A program made the position numbers and the translations under genes. The notes under the pieces are model-generated. The model had not been told where the DNA came from. It was given only the letters and a program-made list of their open reading frames with translations, and made no database searches. Below are positions 8,038 through 17,100 of a stretch of DNA of 20,000 nt, piece by piece. Within the stretch, counting starts at the first letter, position 1. Each line of letters opens with the position of its first letter. This DNA comes from an uncultured virus (IMG/VR IMGVR_UViG_3300017774_008765) (Duplodnaviria; Heunggongvirae; Uroviricota; Caudoviricetes), in IMG/VR virus record IMGVR_UViG_3300017774_008765. One strand, given 5' to 3'.

Positions 8038-10148
8038 ACTTTGTCGGAACCAACGTCGATAGCGGGGATCGGTTCAACACGAAGCTCTCCGGTGCCGGGG
8101 GGCGGAGCTTCGGCGTTCGCTATCCGTCGCCGTTCTTCGATGTCGCGCAGCAGTACCTGCCCGGCGACATCCACCAGCTCCACCACTGGTGCCGCTTCTA
8201 CTTCCTGACCAACCCGATCATCAACGTCGCGGTCAGCAAGATGGCGGAGTACCCCGTCACGCCAATCATCTTCGACACCGACGACCCGGAGAAGAAGAAG
8301 CTCTACCAGGGACTGGAGGAGCAGCTCAACATGCGCCAGTTCCAGGTCGAGATCGGCCTGGACCACTTCGCGTACGGCTCGGCCTTCGTGTCGATCTACT
8401 ACCCGTTCGTGAAGTACCTCGTCTGCAAGGGCTGCAAGGAGCGCTACCGCGCCGACGCGAACCGTTCGCTCTACAAGTGGCGCAACATGCGCTTCCGGCT
8501 CAAGTGCCCGAAGTGCAAGACGGACGACTACGCCGAGGAGCGGGACGTCTACATCCGTTCGATCCGGGACGTGCGCCTGGTGCGCTGGAACCCCGAGAAC
8601 ATCGACATCAAGTACAACGAGATCACGGGGGAGAGCCGGTACTTCTACCGAATCCCGAAACCCATCCTGAACGACATCACGATGGGGGATCCCGACACGA
8701 TCGAGAAGCTCTCGATCGAGTTCCTCGACGCCGCGCGCCGGCGGAAGGCGCTCCGGTTCTCGCCGGACAACATCTTCCACCTCAAGCGTCCGACGATCGC
8801 GCAGAAGGATCAGGGCTGGGGGATGCCGCTGATCTACCCGCTCCTGAAGGACGCGTTCTACCTGGCCGTGCTCAAGAAGGCCCAGGAGAGCATCGCGATG
8901 GAGCACATCGTGCCCCTGCGCATGATCTTCCCCGGCCCGTCAACCGGAGGCAACGACTCCCCCTACGGCAGCTACAACCTGTCGAACTGGAAGTCGAAGG
9001 TCGAAGCCGAGCTTTCGTTGTGGAAGCGGGACAACAACTACATCCCCATCCTGCCCGTGAACATCGGCTTCCAGCAGTTCGGCGGCGACGCACGGGCGCT
9101 GATGCTCCACTCGGAGCTGCGGCTGGTCGCCGAACAGATGCTCGTCGGCTGCGGCATCCCCATCGAGTTCGTCTTCGGCGGGCTCTCCTGGTCGGGCAGC
9201 AACACGTCGCTGCGCGCGCTCGAGAACATGTTCCTCGGCTACAACCGGCAGCGCCGGCGGCTGGTGAGCGACTTCATCTTCGGCAACATCGCCGCCTACA
9301 TGCGGTGGCCGAAGGTCGAGTGCCGGTTTGACCGCTTCAAGATGGCGGACGACCTCCAGCGCTCCATGTTCTACCTCCAGCTCAACCAGGCGCTCAAGAT
9401 CAGCGACAAGCGCCTGCACGAGGAGCTGGGAGAGGACACGGAGACCGAGGTGAACCGGATGCGCGACGAGATGAAGATCCAGCTCGGCGTGCAGCGGACG
9501 ATGCAGATGGCCACGGCCGACATCCAGGGCGAGGCGTCGCTCCGCACGTCGCGCTACCAGATGAAGACGCAGGAGCTCCAGAGCAAGGCGCAGATGGAGC
9601 AGCAGGCGCAGATGCAGCAGGCCCAGATGCAGATGCAGCAGCAGCAGCAGGCCCAGGGGGGAGACCCCACCCAGGCCCAGCCGCCGCCCGCCGATCCGAA
9701 CGCCCCGCAAGCGCAAGCGGGGGCGCCAGATCCGAACCAGCAGCAGCAGCCTGCTCCGTCCGCCGACGGACAGGCTGCCGCCCAGCAGGTGCCGGGGATG
9801 CCCGAGGGGGCAACGGTGTACGCCGAGAACGGGCAGCAGGCACCCGGGCAGGGCCTTCCCGTCGCCATGGCGGGGATGGCCTCGCCGCTGAACCAGAACA
9901 GCGGGGGGATCGACCTGCGCTACCTGGCGACCCGCGCCAAGGCGTTCCTCGACACCATCGCCGAGGAGCAGGGCGAGATGGCGGTGCAGCAGAACCTCAT
10001 GCGGATGCGGGCCGAGAACCCGGCGCTCTACCAGCTGGTGAACCAGCTAAGGAACGAGGGCGGGTCCAAGGTCAATCCCATGGACGCCGCCTCCGCGCCC
10101 GTACCGGCGGGCGGCTCGCGCCGCACCGCCGGGCGGACCATCGGGTAA
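8034..10148 (+). CDS. Phage portal protein with an inserted Zn ribbon and Q/P/A-rich C-terminal tail (704 aa)
   Basis: Portal-type succession: TNPIINVAVSKMAEYP, IGLDHFAYGSAFV, WNPENIDI, NIFHLKRP...GWGMPLI, ++ CGIPIEFVFGG and helical wing/crown segments. Insert CKGC...CPKC. Confidence 0.8.
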   Translation: MNFVGTNVDSGDRFNTKLSGAGGRSFGVRYPSPFFDVAQQYLPGDIHQLHHWCRFYFLTNPIINVAVSKMAEYPVTPIIFDTDDPEKKKLYQGLEEQLNMRQFQVEIGLDHFAYGSAFVSIYYPFVKYLVCKGCKERYRADANRSLYKWRNMRFRLKCPKCKTDDYAEERDVYIRSIRDVRLVRWNPENIDIKYNEITGESRYFYRIPKPILNDITMGDPDTIEKLSIEFLDAARRRKALRFSPDNIFHLKRPTIAQKDQGWGMPLIYPLLKDAFYLAVLKKAQESIAMEHIVPLRMIFPGPSTGGNDSPYGSYNLSNWKSKVEAELSLWKRDNNYIPILPVNIGFQQFGGDARALMLHSELRLVAEQMLVGCGIPIEFVFGGLSWSGSNTSLRALENMFLGYNRQRRRLVSDFIFGNIAAYMRWPKVECRFDRFKMADDLQRSMFYLQLNQALKISDKRLHEELGEDTETEVNRMRDEMKIQLGVQRTMQMATADIQGEASLRTSRYQMKTQELQSKAQMEQQAQMQQAQMQMQQQQQAQGGDPTQAQPPPADPNAPQAQAGAPDPNQQQQPAPSADGQAAAQQVPGMPEGATVYAENGQQAPGQGLPVAMAGMASPLNQNSGGIDLRYLATRAKAFLDTIAEEQGEMAVQQNLMRMRAENPALYQLVNQLRNEGGSKVNPMDAASAPVPAGGSRRTAGRTIG
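9565..9850 (+). repeat. Low-complexity CAG-rich (Q/M/A/P) coding tract in the portal tail
   Basis: QELQSKAQMEQQAQMQQAQMQMQQQQQAQGG...QQQQP. Confidence 0.8.
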
Positions 10149-10559
10149 TCAGCCGGCGACGCTGCCGCCCAGCAGCGTCGGATCCACGTGCGGCTCGAGG
10201 CACCCGAGGTGGTAGCCCACCTCGGGTTCCCCGTTCGGCATGGGGTGTGTCTCCAGCCCGTACGGCTGCACGGAGTGAAGGGACACCATCACCACATGCT
10301 GGCCGAACTCGTAGACCTCGTTGCACCACGCGCACGTTCCGCCGGTCGTCATCCCTACACCAAAGAGGCCGCGGGATGCCTGCCCGACGAAGCAGTCGTG
10401 GTGGTGGAACAGCTCATGGGAGCCATCCGCGAAGGAGTCCTCGTGCAGGCACGGTACGCCGCGAAGGCGTCCCTGTCCCAGCCGGAAGGCGCCCAGGTTG
10501 ACGGCGTAGTCCCCGACGTAAAGCGCCTTTGCGCACCATCCGCAGGCGTAGTCGCTCAT
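10149..10559 (-). CDS. Protein with two tandem CxxC...HxxC zinc-binding modules (136 aa)
   Basis: ATG 10559 with a GGAGG RBS and ATGA overlap. CGWC...HHDC and CAWC...HLGC suggest an internal duplication. Confidence 0.75.
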   Translation of the reverse strand: MSDYACGWCAKALYVGDYAVNLGAFRLGQGRLRGVPCLHEDSFADGSHELFHHHDCFVGQASRGLFGVGMTTGGTCAWCNEVYEFGQHVVMVSLHSVQPYGLETHPMPNGEPEVGYHLGCLEPHVDPTLLGGSVAG

Positions 10560-10849
10560 GGAACCTCCAGGGCAAGGACGATGGAGTAGCCCCCGCAGCT
10601 GTCGCACGCGCCGTCCGTCCAGTACGGAAGAGAGCGCCCGTCTCGCACACAGCCCGTACAGAGCCAGCGTCCTCCCTCCGGCCGGTAGGCGCAGTTGCGA
10701 CAGTCTATGTACGCGCAGCTGCCCACTCCGGCGGCTTCCCGACGCGCCGGGCAGTAGGCGAGCTGCGCCCCTTCTGTAAACCCCGCCTCCGAGAGAGGGA
10801 TCTCCCCAGGGGGGAGCAGCCCGCCCAGTCCCTCGTGCAGACGGGACAT
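10556..10849 (-). CDS. Cys-rich putative zinc-finger protein (97 aa, 8 Cys)
   Basis: YCP...SC, CRNC, CTGC, CDSC. The start is placed at ATG 10849 (uncertain) because the upstream part of the ORF call overlaps two better small ORFs. Confidence 0.7.
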   Translation of the reverse strand: MSRLHEGLGGLLPPGEIPLSEAGFTEGAQLAYCPARREAAGVGSCAYIDCRNCAYRPEGGRWLCTGCVRDGRSLPYWTDGACDSCGGYSIVLALEVP

Positions 10850-10866
10850 GAGCGGGCTGCGCCGTC

Positions 10867-10947
10867 TTACCACCTGAAACTTCCGAAGAAGTCCTTCAGG
10901 AACCGCGAGAAGCCGAGCAGGAACGCGAAGCCGAAGAGCGCGCCCAT
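10867..10947 (-). CDS. 26-aa hydrophobic/amphipathic peptide MGALFGFAFLLGFSRFLKDFFGSFRW
   Basis: Manual translation. TGATG coupling to the upstream small ORF; all eight Phe codons are TTC. Confidence 0.55.
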   Translation of the reverse strand: MGALFGFAFLLGFSRFLKDFFGSFRW

Positions 10948-11087
10948 CAGCGGTCATCCTCGTCGGCGTCGGTGCCGCTGCCACTGCTGCTTCCGAAAGC
11001 GCTGTCGTCGTCGTTGGAGTAGCCGAGCGCCTCATCGAGGGATGAGGCGAAATCTACGAGGGAGGAAGCGTTGTTGTCGTCGTCCAT
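10947..11087 (-). CDS. 46-aa highly acidic D/S-rich protein MDDDNNASSLVDFASSLDEALGYSNDDDSAFGSSSGSGTDADEDDR
   Basis: Manual translation. GGAGA RBS upstream of the ATG; first gene after motif copy 2. Confidence 0.6.
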   Translation of the reverse strand: MDDDNNASSLVDFASSLDEALGYSNDDDSAFGSSSGSGTDADEDDR

Positions 11088-11128
11088 GTGATTCTCCGGG
11101 AAATACACGCTGGTGTTCACGTGCAATT

Positions 11129-11143
11129 TCTTATGCCGTTATC
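11129..11143 (-). promoter_or_regulatory. Conserved 15-nt motif GATAACGGCATAAGA; candidate phage promoter, copy 2
   Basis: 13/15 identical to 5812-5826, 41 nt upstream of the ATG at 11087. Confidence 0.6.
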
Positions 11144-11145
11144 CG

Positions 11146-11154
11146 TGTTAGCCT
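11146..11154 (+). promoter_or_regulatory. Extended -10-like element TG-T-TAGCCT upstream of the RNAP gene
   Basis: Fits TGnTAnnnT and ends 7 nt before the ATG at 11162, which has no Shine-Dalgarno sequence. Confidence 0.35.
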
Positions 11155-11161
11155 TTGCCCC

Positions 11162-14100
11162 ATGCCGGACATCAATCCCGAGGCCGAGTTCGAGAGCGTC
11201 AAGCAGAAGGCGCTCGATGCGATCCGTCAGCAGTTCCCCATGTCCGGCAAGCTCAACCGCCTGGAGCTCGTGGGACTGGAGGCGAAGGACGCCCTGCACG
11301 TCGACGACGTGACGTCGCAGTACAAGAAGAAGGTCGAGGGCGGAACGTGGTCCGTTCCCGTGCGCGCCCAGCTCAAGCTGGTGGACGTGCAGACCGGGAA
11401 GACGCTCGACTCCGGAACGGTCACCCTGGCCCAGATCCCCAAGATTACGCGGCGCTACACCTACATCGTCGAGGGACACGAGCGGCAGCACGACTCGCTC
11501 TTCCTCCTCAAGCCTGGGATCTACCACCGCGTCGCGGACAACGGCGACATCCAAGCGAAGTGGAACCTCCAGAAGGGGCGTAACTTCGACCTCCTGATCG
11601 ACCGGGCCACCGGCCGTATCACGATGAAGATCAAGACGGCGGAGGTCCCTCTCTACTCGGTGCTCAAGGCCCTGAACGTGGCCGATGGGGACATCGAGCA
11701 GGCGCTGGGCCGGCAGGTCTTCGAGAAGAACCGGGAGCGCACCAGTTCGAAGGACCTGGTGAAGATCCCGAAGACCCTCTCCGACGGGCAGGACGCCAAG
11801 CGCACCGCGGCGGCCCTCCACCCCGACGAGGCCGCGACGAAGGTGCGCGATCTGTTCGCCCAGACCGCGACCACGCGGCCGGATGGAGACACGCACTCGA
11901 CGCTCGACGTCGCGTTCACCTCGGTGACGGGCCCGGCGCTCCTCGAGTCGGCGAAGCGCATCCTGCAAATCTCTCGCGGAGAGAAGGAACCCGACGACCG
12001 CCAGTCGCTTGGCGCCAAGGACATCCACGGCACCGCGGAGTTCGTCGAGCGGTTCATCACCCGCGCGAAGATGGACGTGACGCGCAAGATCGTGGCGCGC
12101 ATCGACAAGTCCGCCAAGCTCACGGACCTGCCGGTCAACAACCTCTACACCTCGCCCATCAACGGGACGTTCCGCAACGCGCAGTTCCCCGAGCAGCACA
12201 ACCCGCTCGGGTTCTTGTCCGGTCACCTGCGCACGACGATCGTCGGGGCCGACTACGGCGGGGTGAAGGGCGAGGACGTGAACCTCTCCGAGGACAAGCT
12301 CATCAACCCGTCGCACATCGGGTTCCTCGACCCGGTACAGACGCCCGAGTCGGCGGTGACGGGCATCTCGCTCCACCTCCCCATCGGCGCGCGCAAGAAG
12401 GGCAAGCAGCTCGTCACGCGGGTCTGGGACGTGAAGAAGAAGAGCTTCGTCGAGGTCGCGCCGCAGCAGCTCGAGCGCGCCGTCGTGGCGTACCCTGACC
12501 AGGTGGAGTGGAAGAACGGGCAGCCCTCCCCGCGCGAGCCGGAGGTCGTCGTCTACGACAAGGACCGCACGACCGGCCGCCGGAAGTGGGCGGAGGTCGA
12601 CTACGTTCTCCCGTCGGCGAAGGCGCTGTTCTCGTTCTCGGCCAACCTCGTCCCGTTCCTGTCCACCAACTCCGGCGGCCGCGCGATGATGGCGGCCAAG
12701 CAGCAGGAGCAGGCGATCGCGCTCAAGCACCGCGAGGCGCCGCTCGTCCAGACGAAGACGGACGGCACCGCCACCTTCCAGCAGCTCGTCGGGCAGTTCG
12801 CATCGCACAGCTCGCCGGTGGACGGCACCGTCACCAAGGTCGAGGCGGACGCGATCTTCGTGAAGGGAGCGGACGGCACCACGAAGAAGGTGCCGATCTA
12901 CGACCACTTCCCGCTCAACGGCGGGAAGGACATGATGCACGCCACGCCCCTGGTCAAGCCGGGCGACACGGTGAAGAAAGGCCAGACGCTCGCGGACACG
13001 AACTACTCGAAGGACGGCCAGTTCGCGGTCGGAACGAACCTGCGCGTCGCGTACACTCCGTTCCACGGCCTCACGTTCGAGGACTCGATCATCATCTCGC
13101 AGTCCGCGGCCGAGAAGCTGACCTCCGAGCACCTGCACGAGAACTCGGTCACGCTCTACCCGGGCATGTCGCTCAACAAGCGGCTCTGGCAGAACTACGC
13201 CATGCCCGAGCAGACGAACCCGCAGCGCATGGGCAAGCTCGACGAGGACGGCATCATCAAGCAGGGCCAGAAGGTCGAGCACGGGGACGTGCTGGTGGCC
13301 GTGCTCGCGGAGACGCGCCACAATCCGAACGACGAGGCGGCGAGCATCTCGAAGAAGCTCATCCGTCCCTACGACACCCGTCACTCGGTTCTCTGGGAGC
13401 ACGACTACCCCGGCGTCGTGGCCAAGGTCGTCCGCGCGGGCAAGACGATCCGCGTCTACGTGCGAACCGAGGAGCCGATGACCGTCGGCGACAAGCTGAC
13501 GGGGCGCTACGGCAACAAGGGCATCGTCGGGACGATCTTGCCCGACCACGAAATGCCGCACGACACGGACGGCAAGCCGGTCGAGGTCATCCTCGGCCCC
13601 GCCGGCGTCCCGAGCCGCATGAACGTCGGGCAGCTGCTTGAGACGACCGCCGCGAAGATCGCCAAGAAGACCGGCCAGAACTACGTCGTCGACAACTTCC
13701 AGCCGGGCGTGGACTACACCCAGAAGGTCAAGGACGACCTGAAGAAGCACGGGCTCTCGGACACCGAGGTCCTGCTCGACCCGAAGACGAAGCGCCCGAT
13801 CGGCGAGATCCTCACCGGGTTCCAGTACCTCCACAAGCTCCACCACCAGGTGGACAAGAAGATGACCGCGCGCTCGCACGGCGGCGCGTACGACGCCAAC
13901 GGCGAACCGCCGAGCGGCTCGGGGATCCCCGGCGGCGGGCAGACCCTCGACCAGCTTGCGACCTACGCGATGCTCGCGCACGGGGCCTACGCGAACCTGC
14001 GCGAGGCGCAGACGTGGAAGTCCGACCAGGATCAGGCGGACGTGTGGATCGCGCTCCAGCAGGGGCGTCCTCTGCCGGACCCGAAGCCGAACCGCAGCAT

Positions 14101-17100
14101 GGGCAAGCTCATCGGGTACATGCGCGCGATGGGCATCCACATGGAGAAGAAGGGCGACAAGTACGCCCTCGCCCCGCTCACCGACCACCAGGTCAAGACG
14201 TTCAGCAACGGGGCGATCGACTTCCCCAGCAAGACGCTCACCGCCAAGGGGGCGCGTACCCTCGAAGACGTGGGCGGCCTGTTCGATCCAAAGAAGACCG
14301 GCGGCATGGGCGGGAAGTACTGGACGCACATCCCGCTCGCCGAGCGGATGCCGAACCCCGTGTTCGAGCGGGCGATCCAGGCGCTCACCGGGATCGACAA
14401 GAAGACCTACGAGCAGATCACCGGCGGCGCCGCGGCGCCGGAGGCGGGGAAGACCGGCTTCCAGCGGATCGTCCACGCGCTCGAGCAGGTCGACGTGGAG
14501 AAGGAGATCAAGACGCTCGACCAGCAGCTGCCGAAGCTCACCGGCAGCCGGCTGGATCGCGCGTACCGCCGCATGCGCTACCTCAAGGCGCTCACGAAGC
14601 TCGGCGTGAAGCCGGTGGACGCGTACACCACGCAGAACCTCCCGGTGCTCCCGCCGGAGATGCGGCGCGTCATGGTCGGCATCGACGGCAGCCAGACGAT
14701 CGACGACCTCAACGTGCTGTACAAATCGGTCGGGCTGCTCAACGAGCAGGTGAAGAAGGCGGACCCCAAGCTCCCGCCCTCTGAGAAGCAGAAGCTCCAG
14801 GCCGACCTGTACCACTCGGTGCGGCAGCTGCGCATCACCGGCCTTGAGATGGGGCAGGGCACCAAGGAGCGCCACCACCGAGGCCTCATGGAGATGATGG
14901 AGGGGACGAAGACCTCGTTCTTCCAGTCCTCCGTCATGTACCGCCGGCAGGATCTCTCCGGGCGCTCGACGATCATCACCGCCCCGCACCTCGGACTGGA
15001 CGAGGTCGGCGTTCCGCAGCCGATCGCGTTCGAGATGTTCAAGCCGTTCATCGTCAAGGAGCTCGCGCAGTCGCACGGCAAGACGCCGGCCGAGGCGAAG
15101 AAGCTCGTGGACAAGAAGGACAAGCTCGCGCTCGAGGTCCTGCACAAGGTCACCGCCGACCGTCCCGTGCTGCTCAAGCGCGATCCCGCGCTCCACAAGT
15201 TCTCGATCATGGGGTTCAAGGTCCGTGTCACCGACGGCAAGGCCATCGGGCTGCACCCAATGGTGTGCGCCGGGTTCAACGCCGACCACGACGGGGACAC
15301 GATGGCGCTCTACGTCCCGCTCGGAAAGGAAGCGGTGGACGAGGCGCACGGCATGCTGCCCTCAAAGAACCTCTTCTCGCCGACCACCGGGCGCATCATG
15401 CCGGTGCCGGTCCAGGACGGCGTCCTCGGGCTGTACCACGCGACGAAGTGGGGCGAGAAGAAGAACGTAAAGGTCACGTCCCGCGACGAGGTGCTCAAGC
15501 TCTACAAGGACGGGAAGCTCCACATCTCGGACGTCATCACGTTGGACGGGAAAGAGACCACGCCGGGGCGCCTGCTCCTGGCGGGTGAGTTGCCCAAGGA
15601 GATGCAGAACAACGACAAGCTCCTGCACGACAAGGACTTCCGCATCGCCAAGGGCACGTTGAACACGTTCATGTCGGAGATCGGCAAGAAGCACCAACAG
15701 GACTACGCGCGCGTGGCCGACGCGTGGAAGAACCACGGCAACCGCATCGCCTACGAGAGCGGCTCGAGCTTCTCCCTCCACGACTTCCACGACGCCAAGC
15801 CGATGCGCGACGCAATCCTCAAGAAGTACGAGGCGGAAGAGAAGGCGGTGCGCGCGTCGAAGCTCTCTGACAAAGAGAAGAACGACAAGATCGTCGAGAT
15901 CTACAGCAAGGCGGGGCAGGAGATCGAGGAGAAGGGAAAGGCCCACTACAACAACTCCGACAAGAACCGGCTCTACGATTGGATCGCCGCCGGCGCGCGC
16001 GGCGACTGGAACCAGTTCCGCCAGATGACCTACGGACCGCTGCTCGTCGCCGACCCGAAGAACCGCGCGGTGCCGGTGCCGATCACCAAGTCCTACGCGG
16101 AGGGCCTGCCCATCTCGCAGTACTGGACCTCGATGCACGGTGCCCGAAAAGGGGCGATCGACCGCTCCGCCGGAACGGCCGAGCCCGGCGCGCTCACCAA
16201 GGTCATCATCAACACCGTCATCGACCACCAGATCTCCGCCGAGGACTGCCACACCACGAAGGGCGCGCACCTCTCGCTCGACGACAAGGACGTGCACGAC
16301 CGCTACCTCGCGCAGCCCGTCCACATCACCGGCGGCAAGGACGTGCCCGCGGGCACGTTGTTGACCGCGCCGGAGATCACCCACCTCAAGGCGGCGAAGA
16401 TCACGCAGGTCGTCGTCCGTTCTCCGCTGCACTGCGCGCAGTCCAAGGGCGTCTGCGCGCGCTGCTACGGCTTGAACGAGAACGGCAAGCTCTACCACAC
16501 CGGCACGAACGTCGGCGTCATCGCCGGACAGGCGCTCGGCGAGCCGGTCACCCAGCTGGCGATGCGGACCTTCCACACCGGCGGCACCGTCGGATCCCAG
16601 AAGGGAACCGGCTACGAGGCCGACGCGTTCGAGCGCGTGAAGCAGCTCTTCAAGGTCCCGGAGAAGCTGCCCGGCGCCGCGACGATCGCCATGAAGGCCG
16701 GCACGATCACCAAGGTGGAGGCGGACAAGGCGCGCGGCGGGCACGTCGTCCACGTCGAGGACCACGCCCACCACGTCCTCGCGGACCGTCCGCTGCTCGA
16801 CCACATCAAGCCCGGCCTGAAGGTCGAGGCCGGCCACGCGCTCTCGCAGGGGCCGATCAACCCGCACCACCTCCTCGAGGCGACGAAGAACCTCAACATC
16901 GTCCGCAAGTTCATGACCGACGAGGCGCTCCGCTACTACCCCTCCGGGACGCGGCGGCGGAACGTCGAGACGGTCGTGAAGGCGATGACGAACGTCACCA
17001 AGATCGACCACGCGCCGACGGACAGCCACTTTGCCCGTGGCCAGCTCGCCGCGCTCTCCGAGGTCGAGCACTACAACCTCGAGGCGAAGAAGAAGGGGCA

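Noticed and set aside
10529..11161. 211-aa N-terminal extension of the 2270-aa RNAP ORF call
   Set aside because: R/C/S-rich low-quality sequence that is antisense to better-supported small genes and crosses the AT-rich intergenic gap. RNAP-like sequence and codon bias start at ATG 11162.
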